Below are positions 17,901 to 25,946 of a DNA stretch of 64,000 nt, piece after piece. Positions within the stretch are counted from its first letter, which is position 1. Each line of letters begins with the position of its first letter. The notes beneath the pieces are model-generated. The model was not told the DNA's origin. It worked only from the letters and a program-made list of their open reading frames with translations, and ran no database searches. This DNA is from a virus (Duplodnaviria; Caudoviricetes): IMG/VR virus record IMGVR_UViG_3300044614_001923. One strand, 5' to 3'. The position numbers were made by a program, and so were the translations under genes.

Positions 17901-18094
17901 TCAAAGTCTTTAAAGAAAGCAATAACTCTATAATCCCCATTACCATCAGGTGAAATTGCTTCAAGCATTGCCCTTGCTTTGGAGTGATCCCCCATAGAAA
18001 GACGACCATTCACAAGATCTTGTTCAGTCTCACCGCATCCGATAATCAGATGAGGCATTTCAAAGTTGGGAGTGATAAAGTAAATGTTTTTCAT
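14936..18094 (-). CDS. restriction-modification-like fusion: putative GIY-YIG/T5orf172-like nuclease + SF2 helicase + N6-adenine methyltransferase/TRD
   Basis: N-terminal IYFITP..MPHLIIG..ET..RL...DHDIH..L...EIF; PRPYQ, AKCRAGKS, DECH; C-terminal FDGVISNPPY. Confidence 0.8.
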   Translation of the reverse strand: MKNIYFITPNFEMPHLIIGCGETEQDLVNGRLSMGDHSKARAMLEAISPDGNGDYRVIAFFKDFDGRDHDIHAFLKTLPYSKKHKEIFAFRGDHSYTEEIIVDMCCKQFSLDGKILDEKVKFTPRPYQVEFIKKANKEYCEFLLWAKCRAGKSVMVLSHILDRKFKISLIVSRSKSPEQSWKEDSENFIDFDHFRYICLADKNWKEQLEYWSQVEGIQVILWSTIQGLVNKIQDIHQVDFLCYDECHIGYGAKQWKEIRSKLKNVPCMYVSGTAFKLASDFSQENTFIYTYFDEQLDVQRGVFHRGKMHVILAKYESQEYRKIFGDLPDAMNNIFSIKDGKFEHESLVIDFVHNYLSTQRHIRNPKDRLLNDTQHAYLLMPSAEACVLIADYIKDYSPLVAIGESGVDADMIRKHVAENTKTMIITRWANVLGVTVKDIDTVINCSDGKSTEFWIQGASRGGSGDHDYNVIEFSPQKCLESIRLSYSIACDSNPELLNYQSIEFVAISEWADKFVHMTQDQINQITACDIADTRSLIASAVYHIDMEKLNEFEMNLDLKSSTSDLAKSAEVNDNGANGKTNTKVEGKSPAAHNKELSRKKESIKSILEAIPLTILYEMRNGKNVNSVDNVLKSDYYISSTGDNQNIIERCLDDGLLNYNRLMHRISQVSTDIALAMKNSFADTLDTLSVSSKEHRSIPYDMFSEMIGDYVQPHHKILVICDPSGSQVAYLIEKCGVPAQNIWVWESCQTHLFRVECVDSAINVVSDLEGLMGKIQFDGVISNPPYSINSHKTGKSAYGDFAELGYNLLKEGGYGIMVHPPGLRKPTNKRHYLMRDVQVEKLSIHSSKEGVKVFNANTSYDWYSYCKEERTGPTKVRFQASEEWVDVDFRDYPFVPNHSLDLLQKYLNTDASIPRLNAAVGRAPRFKDKKNPNKFDPTVYFEGCYVNVNKTTPNGEPEFVYDKKPQPYYQQKKVIFKEGGNFYPYYDDGKYGVTDNSMYILVDSEEEGHAIMEFLNSEEANTYREACQLSGGFRTVCSMLNVIPNPYYVNKAN

Positions 18095-18131
18095 TAGTCT
18101 TAAAGAATGGTCATCAACCTTGACAAGGCAG

Positions 18132-18161
18132 ATTATAAGGGAAATCTTAGGGGTGTGTCAA
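18132..18161 (-). promoter_or_regulatory. sigma70-like promoter TTGACA-N18-TATAAT for the RM-like gene
   Basis: consensus hexamers 38 nt upstream of ATG 18094. Confidence 0.75.
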
Positions 18162-18602
18162 GCGGTTTGGAAAAGAATACACAAAGTCATTTAAACCAAG
18201 ATATTCGATATACAAAAGTTCTTCCATTTGTCTTGCTTCAATTTCCCATGGTTGATTTTCATACTCAGTTTCAGTATAATCTATACCTCTCCAAAGACGT
18301 TTACCATGTTTGTCTTTAAGATTGCCCATAACATGCTGATAGACATGCCATAGTTCATGAAACAAAGTTTTGAGATAGTGATCTGAATTCATACGATTAT
18401 GAATCTCAATTTCAAACTCTCTAGGACGGTAATTGCAATCCATAACCGTACACCATCCATAAACTCCTTCACGCATCAATCCGCGATGATTGATTTCTAT
18501 CTCAAGTTTATGTCTTGGTAGATACTTTGCAATAAACCACTCTGTAGCGTTAATACAACGTTTCTTGCTATAGTTGCGTCCAGAGATATACAATGTAAGC
18601 AT
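18147..18602 (-). CDS. zinc metallopeptidase-like protein (HExxH, SprT-like)
   Basis: TLFHELWHVYQ and QPWEIEA. Confidence 0.75.
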   Translation of the reverse strand: MLTLYISGRNYSKKRCINATEWFIAKYLPRHKLEIEINHRGLMREGVYGWCTVMDCNYRPREFEIEIHNRMNSDHYLKTLFHELWHVYQHVMGNLKDKHGKRLWRGIDYTETEYENQPWEIEARQMEELLYIEYLGLNDFVYSFPNRLTHP

Positions 18603-18706
18603 TAGACCAGACCATCAAGAATAATATAAGTTAAACGGACTCCCCAATTCATTAGTAGCATAAGAGATCCTACAAAAATCAAACGTTCTAAGTTTGAAAA
18701 TTTCAT
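18602..18706 (-). CDS. small membrane protein (MKFSNLERLIFVGSLMLLMNWGVR..., 34 aa)
   Basis: read manually; between the promoter element and the metallopeptidase, stop overlaps its ATG. Confidence 0.55.
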   Translation of the reverse strand: MKFSNLERLIFVGSLMLLMNWGVRLTYIILDGLV

Positions 18707-18727
18707 GAGAAAGATGAAACTCCACAT

Positions 18728-18785
18728 ACAATAACCCCACCCAGAGATATCTGAGCGGGGTGTGTGACACTTTCTAAACTGTCAT
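18728..18785 (-). promoter_or_regulatory. early-type promoter element: GTGACAC-N8-CTGTCAT, 30 nt, TATTGT
   Basis: repeated motif at the border between the late glycan island and the early region. Confidence 0.7.
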
Positions 18786-19141
18786 TGATATATTTTTATT
18801 TCACGAAATTCTGAATTATATGAATTATTAATTTCTTTTTTAATCTTTGATCTTTCATCGTTTAATTTATAGACCGAACGTGCAAGTTCAATGAACCTAG
18901 CACAAAAATTTTGAGAAGATTCAAATCTTCTTACTTCATTCTCAACCTCCCAAAGATTTTTGTTTACATTCTTTAGTTTATAAATTAAACTTATCTCATA
19001 AACATTATTTGCTATTGCAATGTTTATGAGTTCATTTAATTCTTTTTCTACATATTCACTTGAGGTTTTTTGAAACTTTATTTGAAGTATGCTTATTTTG
19101 TCTAGAAGTTCGCCAACCGAAATTGGAATAGTTATTTTCAT
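18782..19141 (-). CDS. DUF6165-like protein
   Basis: MKITIPISVGELLDKISILQIK...LW..E..R......F..LARSVYKLNDERSKIK. Confidence 0.8.
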   Translation of the reverse strand: MKITIPISVGELLDKISILQIKFQKTSSEYVEKELNELINIAIANNVYEISLIYKLKNVNKNLWEVENEVRRFESSQNFCARFIELARSVYKLNDERSKIKKEINNSYNSEFREIKIYQ

Positions 19142-20694
19142 AATGGAGCATCAAGATTAATATTAGTTTTAATGAACTCAATTAATTTTTCATTCTTAGA
19201 AACTATTCCCAATCCAAATGTATGAGTAAAATTGACTTTTGGTAAGTCTAATTCCTCAAAGAATCTTTTTACCCCATATTCATTACCGTTAATATTTTCA
19301 ACCATAGTATCATGAAATAGAATAATACCATCATCGTCTAAGAATTTACTCCATGTCTCATAATCATTCTTTACTGATTCATATGCATGATCCCCGTCTA
19401 TATGGAGCAGATTAATCTTTTTATCCCAAGTCTTAGCAACATCATCAAAAGTACCTTTAATGAAGGTTACAGAGTCATCTAGACCAGTCTCACGCGCTTT
19501 CTGAGTGACAAATTCAAACAGTTGGTTAGAATCTCTTGCGCCCGCATATTGATCACCTTCGAAGGTATCAACTCCATATACTTTTTGTCCAACCTTAGGT
19601 GTTCCAAATACAAATGTAGAATATCCATGATCAACACCAAGATCGACCACAACCTCAGGTTTAATTGTAGATACCAACCACTTTGCAAAATTCTTGTGTC
19701 CTTTCCAGCAACTATGAATATCCTCATAGTTTTTTCTGCTCAACTCTTTGATTGCCTCACTTCTTGCTGAAGATTCTCTTAATTCTGGAATAAAAGCAGT
19801 TGAGAATACAGTAAGATCCAGATTTCCAATTTCTTTACTGAAACCAAAAAGATTTTGGAAAGATTCGATTGCAAACGGTTCCCCAAGCATCAAAGACTCA
19901 CTCATTGAATGAATAAGATAATTTGCAGATCTTTGAATATCTCCATTCTGGAAAAATATTTTACTACATTCAACAAACACTTTTACTCTAAAACTATTAA
20001 AATATGCTTGAGTGCAAGTTAAGAATTGCTGTCCATAATCTAAAGCTAGTTCATAATTTTTTACAGTTAGATGATGATTGAAAACAAACCAAATGTAATA
20101 CCAATTTGTAGGATTAGTCTTAAGTTCTCTCTCACAAATTGAAAGGTAAAAAAGTTCTTTATCTACACTTTTATTAATTAACTTTGTAATTTTCGTAGTG
20201 ACATCTACTACATTTTCTTTTGGAAAGTTTTCCGTTGCTACAAAAATTGGAGTTTCATGAACAGCATTAACCCACTTATAATTTTCTTTTCTATGAAAAC
20301 GAATGTGAACTTCATTTGATGGATAAATTTGTCCGTCTTTATCATCAAATCTAAGATGCTTAAATGCGCTGAATTGATCTTCAATCTGATCTAAACCATC
20401 TGCAAAGTAATCGTCAATATCTTCATTGAAATCTAAACTCAAGCACCAATCATTTGTTGCATATGAAAGTGCCTGATTTCTTGCTACTGAAAAATCAAAC
20501 TCATCTCTAGATTGTGGATGCTCATAAACAGTAATTCCAGCATCCCTCAGCAACTGAACTGTATTGTCAATACTACCAGTATCAACTACAACAACCTCAT
20601 CAAATTTTTCCGCATTCTTTAGAAACTTTTCAATATTCTTTTCTTCATTTTTTGCGATAGAATATAAACTTACTTTCATAGGTACTTCTCCCAA
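19138..20694 (-). CDS. GT2 glycosyltransferase + helical/TPR-like region + class I SAM methyltransferase
   Basis: IAKNEEKN, VVDTGSIDNT, FDFSVARN; C-terminal VDLGVDHGYS, LHIDGDHAYE, GIILFHD. Confidence 0.85.
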   Translation of the reverse strand: MGEVPMKVSLYSIAKNEEKNIEKFLKNAEKFDEVVVVDTGSIDNTVQLLRDAGITVYEHPQSRDEFDFSVARNQALSYATNDWCLSLDFNEDIDDYFADGLDQIEDQFSAFKHLRFDDKDGQIYPSNEVHIRFHRKENYKWVNAVHETPIFVATENFPKENVVDVTTKITKLINKSVDKELFYLSICERELKTNPTNWYYIWFVFNHHLTVKNYELALDYGQQFLTCTQAYFNSFRVKVFVECSKIFFQNGDIQRSANYLIHSMSESLMLGEPFAIESFQNLFGFSKEIGNLDLTVFSTAFIPELRESSARSEAIKELSRKNYEDIHSCWKGHKNFAKWLVSTIKPEVVVDLGVDHGYSTFVFGTPKVGQKVYGVDTFEGDQYAGARDSNQLFEFVTQKARETGLDDSVTFIKGTFDDVAKTWDKKINLLHIDGDHAYESVKNDYETWSKFLDDDGIILFHDTMVENINGNEYGVKRFFEELDLPKVNFTHTFGLGIVSKNEKLIEFIKTNINLDAPL

Positions 20695-21392
20695 TCAATA
20701 CAAGGTGATAGAAATTCTGAGTGACAATGTGTGGAATATCCAGGTATAGATGATGCCAAATATTTTCCTTTTTGACTTAATTCAAGAAATTTAATATGAT
20801 CATTGGATGGTTCAACATCCGTTGAGTATTTAACATGGATATCTAAGTCATCTTTTAAATTACCAAAGGTAGTAGCGAAGGTATTTGTAGTTGAAGGAAC
20901 AGGTCTCCAATGAGAATTTTCTGTGATTAAAACTCTGGACATTAGACTTGAATACATTCCACTGTATTTGTCCCCATGATCATACAATGTAATGTATTTC
21001 ACCGTGTCCTTTTCATTCACTTTAATATCAAATCCTTCAATTAAAACTTGAGTCCAATTATCTCTATGAACATAATCATCTTCTAGAAAGTAAATGATTG
21101 TATTATCATCAAAGTTTTGACTATCAACATATTCTAAGGTTTTTAGGAAACTTTTTGCTTCTCCACCTTCGTTAATTTTTACTAAACCTTCTTCATCTTT
21201 TAAAAATGTATCTTCAATTTTTCCATAATGTTCATCATATATGATGGTATAATTGATCAGTTCTGGATCAAGAGTTCTTTTAAAATTTTCAAATACTTTT
21301 TCTTTATCCCACCAAGATGGTCTAGATCTTGATGGTTGCTCTTGCAACTTAGAGTAAAAGCAATGACGTAAAAATACTTCAACCTTTTTCAT
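20676..21392 (-). CDS. putative GT-A fold glycosyltransferase
   Basis: IIYFLEDDYVH (ExDD/DxD-like); YITLYDHGDKY. Confidence 0.65.
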   Translation of the reverse strand: MKKVEVFLRHCFYSKLQEQPSRSRPSWWDKEKVFENFKRTLDPELINYTIIYDEHYGKIEDTFLKDEEGLVKINEGGEAKSFLKTLEYVDSQNFDDNTIIYFLEDDYVHRDNWTQVLIEGFDIKVNEKDTVKYITLYDHGDKYSGMYSSLMSRVLITENSHWRPVPSTTNTFATTFGNLKDDLDIHVKYSTDVEPSNDHIKFLELSQKGKYLASSIPGYSTHCHSEFLSPCIDWEKYL

Positions 21393-22075
21393 TTTGCCAT
21401 GTTCCCAAAAAATTCTTTTGCTGTTTGAATAGTTTTTTCTTCTTTAGATACTTTCATCACATACTTGTCTTTGAAACTTTCTTTTTCAAAGACTATCATT
21501 GAGTTGTAAAAAGATAATCCTGATAGGTTTTCTATTACTGGATTAAATGGTTCTTCCATGTATTCAATATTCATGTTATGAACAAAGTTACTAAAAACAG
21601 AAATTGAATTTGTATTAGATCTCAATCCTCCTTGAAATATATTAAAATAAGCGGTGTGAGTATCTTCTACAATATAACATCCACCATTATTCAGAGTTGG
21701 ATACAAAAAGAAAAAAGAATTTAGAACATCGGATTGAATGTGACTTCCATCATCAATGATAATATCAAAAGGACCATGCTCTTCGCATATTCTTTTTAGA
21801 AAAATCTCATCTGATTGGTCTCCAATCTCTACAGTAATTTGATCCTCAGCAAATTTAAATTCTTCATGAATATCAATTCCTAAAATTTCAGAGTCGGGTC
21901 CAAAATACTGTTTCCACATTTGCAGGGAACCACCACCTTGAACGCCAATTTCAAGTAATTTTATAGGTTTATTTCTATACTTAGATAAGTGCCTCTCATA
22001 TAAGTCGAAATAATGTAACCATTTATGAATTGGTCTATCATTATTTTGCTTAAAGATTTCAATTAATGATTTCAT
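21389..22075 (-). CDS. class I SAM-dependent (sugar O-)methyltransferase
   Basis: HKWLHYFDLYE, LLEIGVQGGGS, GIDI, DIIIDDGSH, YIVEDT. Confidence 0.85.
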   Translation of the reverse strand: MKSLIEIFKQNNDRPIHKWLHYFDLYERHLSKYRNKPIKLLEIGVQGGGSLQMWKQYFGPDSEILGIDIHEEFKFAEDQITVEIGDQSDEIFLKRICEEHGPFDIIIDDGSHIQSDVLNSFFFLYPTLNNGGCYIVEDTHTAYFNIFQGGLRSNTNSISVFSNFVHNMNIEYMEEPFNPVIENLSGLSFYNSMIVFEKESFKDKYVMKVSKEEKTIQTAKEFFGNMAK

Positions 22076-22863
22076 AGATTAATATTAAATTTGTCAAAGA
22101 GATCTGTATTTTCTTTTCCTATAACTTCTTCTGGTGGAAGATTAGTTCTACCAAGTTTGGAGCGGATTTTATGAAGATTTTCTAATCCCCAAGCAGCATC
22201 TTTTTCTTCTGCACATGTATTTAGAATGTTATTAAAGTCGTGGTCAAAGGATTCTATCTGCAAAAAATTATAAATCTTTTCTAATTCTTTCTGTGGATCG
22301 TTAGTTAGGTTATTATAATCAACCAAATGAATATTGCTACGAAAGTTACTCAGTCCAAATACTGTACTTTCATATGGGTCAGAAATATAATTTCTCCATA
22401 GACATTCAACTCTATTGTCTAGTGTAATTTCTTTTCCAATTGATCTTAGATAATTGTCAACAAAATTATCTTGTTGATTATTTTTTTTAATTAATGTAAT
22501 GTATGAAGCAATTACTTCACTAATTCTTCTGTTTGTGCAGATAATTTTTGGATCTTTTCCTAAGAATTTTTTAACTGAATTTACATTTCTAGGCCATGCT
22601 CTATGTTTATCAATCACATATTCTTTAGGTATATGGGAATAAAAATTATTAAGTATAGATGAATATGTATTATGAGTAATATTTATTTTATCATAAGTAT
22701 ATTGAATATCTAATCTAGAAAAGTTTTCATCAACTAAACAAAGTAAGTCTGATAATGGACTTGTTGGAGTTACATGAATATCTGGGTGCTGATTTAAAAT
22801 CGACCCAAGAAGTGTAGATCCTGATCTTGGAAGACCAGATAGAAATAACAAAGAATTTTTCAT
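22072..22863 (-). CDS. sulfotransferase
   Basis: 5'-PSB loop FLSGLPRSGSTLL; IDKHR; downstream R...S 3'-PB-like segment. Confidence 0.85.
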   Translation of the reverse strand: MKNSLLFLSGLPRSGSTLLGSILNQHPDIHVTPTSPLSDLLCLVDENFSRLDIQYTYDKINITHNTYSSILNNFYSHIPKEYVIDKHRAWPRNVNSVKKFLGKDPKIICTNRRISEVIASYITLIKKNNQQDNFVDNYLRSIGKEITLDNRVECLWRNYISDPYESTVFGLSNFRSNIHLVDYNNLTNDPQKELEKIYNFLQIESFDHDFNNILNTCAEEKDAAWGLENLHKIRSKLGRTNLPPEEVIGKENTDLFDKFNINL

Positions 22864-22866
22864 AAT

Positions 22867-24099
22867 TTATGGGTATAATACTGTTCCGTCATATTTGTTT
22901 GCTAGAGTCCATTGTGACATTGGACCAACTGATATCTTTCTCCAATCAGTATTTGTTGTCACTTGTGTTGGGAATGAAACTCTTTGAATTAAAGTATTGC
23001 CAATACCAACTTGACCGTTACTATTTAATCCCCATGCCCATAATGTGCCATCTGATTTCAAAGCAACGGTATGATATTGTCCACATGAAACATCTTTCCA
23101 ATTACCTGATCCATAATTATTATTAAAATCAGCTCCATATAATTGGAATGGTGATGTATAAATTGAGTTATTTGTTACGCCAACGCCTAACTGACCATCA
23201 CTGTTTATTCCCCATACCCATAAAGAACCATTATCTTTAATTGCAGCACTGTGAGATCTTCCCGCTGATGCTGTTCTCCAAACAAATCCTGGTTCAACTT
23301 CAGTTGGAATAGTTACAAAAAGGATTGATGGATTTTTTCCACATTGAGCTCCATCATTTACTCCCCATGCATATAATTTTCCATCATTTTTAATTGCTAA
23401 TGCGTGTCCGTAACCACAATCAACTGACTTCCAATCATTTCCACCAGCAAATGTGGTTACTGGAGTTGATCTAATAAGATCTGGTCCAGGAAATGTATAT
23501 GTTCCTATTCCAAGTCTTGCTCCATAATTATTTCCCCAAACCCACAAACTTCCGTCAGTTTTAACAGCTGCTGCAAAATGTCTTCCACAAGAAACTTGCT
23601 TCCAGTTATTTCCCCCAGCAAATGTTGTAACTGGAGTTGAACGTGTAACAGTGATTCCTATTCCTAATTGTCCAAACTGATTTTGTCCCCAAGTCCATAG
23701 GGAACCATCAGTTTTAATTGCAGCAACAAATGTTTCTGCTCCAGTAGAAAGACTTCTCCAAGTTTTATCTCCACTAATTACAGTTGGAGTTGTTGCTTGA
23801 ACAGGAACCCCATTTGTCCCTAATTGTCCATAACTATTGTTTCCCCAAACGAACATTTGTCCGTCAGCCGCTATTCCATATCCACTAAAACGACCATTGC
23901 ATATATCATTCCAATATTGTGCTCCAGATAACATAATAACTGGACTACTTCTGGTTATTAAATCATTAGTTCCCAATTGCGCGTTTACATTGAGTCCCCA
24001 GTTCCAAGCAGTTCCCTGCTGAAACAATCTTGCTGATACAAAGACATCATCAAATGCTACTTCTTGTCCGTTTTGTGTGAAATTAAATTTACCTGACAT
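22867..24099 (-). CDS. RCC1/BLIP-II-like repeat beta-propeller protein (paralogue 4)
   Basis: about seven repeats of H..AIK.DG.LW.WG.N..GQLG. Confidence 0.9.
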   Translation of the reverse strand: MSGKFNFTQNGQEVAFDDVFVSARLFQQGTAWNWGLNVNAQLGTNDLITRSSPVIMLSGAQYWNDICNGRFSGYGIAADGQMFVWGNNSYGQLGTNGVPVQATTPTVISGDKTWRSLSTGAETFVAAIKTDGSLWTWGQNQFGQLGIGITVTRSTPVTTFAGGNNWKQVSCGRHFAAAVKTDGSLWVWGNNYGARLGIGTYTFPGPDLIRSTPVTTFAGGNDWKSVDCGYGHALAIKNDGKLYAWGVNDGAQCGKNPSILFVTIPTEVEPGFVWRTASAGRSHSAAIKDNGSLWVWGINSDGQLGVGVTNNSIYTSPFQLYGADFNNNYGSGNWKDVSCGQYHTVALKSDGTLWAWGLNSNGQVGIGNTLIQRVSFPTQVTTNTDWRKISVGPMSQWTLANKYDGTVLYP

Positions 24100-24100
24100 T

Positions 24101-24472
24101 TTAGAGCTCTATCCAGTTATTTTCTTTCAAGTAAATGACTGGAGTATTCATTAAAGAACTCCAGATTTTAAACCAATCTAATGTATTAGTATTTATTTCC
24201 TGATTCTCTATAGGTAAAATTTTTAAGTATTGTTTTTCTTCTTTGTTTTCAACTGAAACTAAAAACTTACATCTATCAGGTCTCATTTCAATAGGTAACA
24301 CTTCTTGAGCCCAAGCACAAAAGTAATTCATGCAAACATTTGGTCTTGCTTTATGGACACTGCATCCAGACCCGCATAAAAACTTGCAGGATTTTCCATT
24401 GCCAAAATCATAACCATAAGCATTACCAATTAACCAAGTGCAACATGCTGTGCAATCTCCACATTCTCTCAT
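24101..24472 (-). CDS. YkgJ-like cysteine-cluster (Zn/Fe-S) protein
   Basis: CGDCTACC...C..L...C..H..RP..C..Y.C.W. Confidence 0.75.
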   Translation of the reverse strand: MRECGDCTACCTWLIGNAYGYDFGNGKSCKFLCGSGCSVHKARPNVCMNYFCAWAQEVLPIEMRPDRCKFLVSVENKEEKQYLKILPIENQEINTNTLDWFKIWSSLMNTPVIYLKENNWIEL

Positions 24473-25140
24473 AGCATGTATTCTTTCTCTGAAAAATAAT
24501 AAGTATCTAGATCATTTTCTATACAATAATTATCTTTCCACTTGTTCAATGATTTTGCCTTATGGTTTTTATTTGAACCTATCCAAAATTCACGATCAAG
24601 ACGATAACCACTTTCCAAATACTTATTATCTAGTGTATTAATATAAGATGCATTTGCCCACCAAAAGTTTCCTGGATAAAATCCTACGCCTTCATTTGAA
24701 GTTCTAGATCCATCAGACCATACAGTATCTCCCAATGGTTCCCATGTTTGTCCAGCACAATCATATCCTTCTTCTAGTGCTGTGACACATTCTTTCCAAC
24801 GGTCAATGACAAAATATTCCATCATAAGTCTCCACGAATCGTGATGGAGAGTTTGTTTACTTCCTCCCTTTAAATGAAAATAAAGAACTTTATAATCTCC
24901 ATTTTCCTTACAAAAATCTCTTAAAGAGCACAGAGTATCTGTCTCTTCTTTTTGATTCTCATTATAAACAACTCTCGCATTATCTGGAATATTGAATAAT
25001 TCATTTGAACCATTAACTCCAATATGAATTAGGTCTGCTGCTTTAACAAGACCAGATGCACATAAACGATGGATTTGTTGTTGGTAAATAAATGCACTTA
25101 TTCCATTCTGAAATACGTGATAGAAGATTGCAATTTTCAT
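24469..25140 (-). CDS. putative glycosyltransferase-like protein
   Basis: IAIFYH, KVLYFHLKG, FYPGNFWWA, EFWIG; context of GT genes. Confidence 0.55.
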   Translation of the reverse strand: MKIAIFYHVFQNGISAFIYQQQIHRLCASGLVKAADLIHIGVNGSNELFNIPDNARVVYNENQKEETDTLCSLRDFCKENGDYKVLYFHLKGGSKQTLHHDSWRLMMEYFVIDRWKECVTALEEGYDCAGQTWEPLGDTVWSDGSRTSNEGVGFYPGNFWWANASYINTLDNKYLESGYRLDREFWIGSNKNHKAKSLNKWKDNYCIENDLDTYYFSEKEYML

Positions 25141-25946
25141 AGTGAATATGAATCTCCATCCATTCCTTTAAGAACATCTAGACCCAAAGTTGGAATGTTT
25201 AAAATTTTATTCCTATCTAAGAAATGATAAAGAGAATGTTCTATATCAATTCCTGCAGTATATTGAATTGCTCTTTCCATATAACCAAAACTTTTTTCTA
25301 AAGCATCAACAACATCACCAAAAAGGAACCGATCAAATGACCATAATCCAGTTACAACCATTCCTTTTGCTGCGTAAAGATCTAAGTATATATTTTCAGT
25401 ATCTTCAAATCTCTTACTATCATAAGAATAAAGTTTGGCGACATAATAATTTTGAAGGAAACTGGTCTTATAATCTTCAATGTTGAAATAATTATTCAGA
25501 GTGTAACGTCCGCTGATTTTAAAGACACGAGTTACATCTGAGAAAATATTATGAGTCTTCATGTATTCAAACACGTTTAAGAGTGCTCTACACTCAAGCA
25601 TTGACTTGCCATAAACAAAGCGGTCTGGTTGCTTGTTTAGATTATCATAAAGAAGTTGGATTCCTGGCTCTCCATAAAATTCTAAAAATAGATCAGACTC
25701 TTCAATAAATCTTTCTCTATACTTTTCACTAATCTTTATTGGAGATACTTCATAAACACAAATGTAAGCATCTGGAACTTTTTCTTTTACTGATCTGATT
25801 GTTTCTAAAGTTTGTTCAAAACGTTGCTCAGCAGTAAAATAACTAAAATCATTTGATTTAAAATGCTCAACGGCAGAACCAACTAAAAATAAAAATTTAT
25901 AGTCCATAGAATGATGAAAGATAATTTGGTGATGTTGAATGATCAT
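25137..25946 (-). CDS. hypothetical protein of the glycan-modification island (likely start MDYKFL)
   Basis: EQRFEQTLETI, RVFKISGRY motifs; coupled to neighbours. Confidence 0.65.
   Translation of the reverse strand: MIIQHHQIIFHHSMDYKFLFLVGSAVEHFKSNDFSYFTAEQRFEQTLETIRSVKEKVPDAYICVYEVSPIKISEKYRERFIEESDLFLEFYGEPGIQLLYDNLNKQPDRFVYGKSMLECRALLNVFEYMKTHNIFSDVTRVFKISGRYTLNNYFNIEDYKTSFLQNYYVAKLYSYDSKRFEDTENIYLDLYAAKGMVVTGLWSFDRFLFGDVVDALEKSFGYMERAIQYTAGIDIEHSLYHFLDRNKILNIPTLGLDVLKGMDGDSYSL

Noticed and set aside
14500-18785. Integrated mobile element carrying the RM genes
   Set aside because: There is no integrase or transposase and no att-like terminal repeats. The flanking repeated sequences are the phage's own promoter elements.
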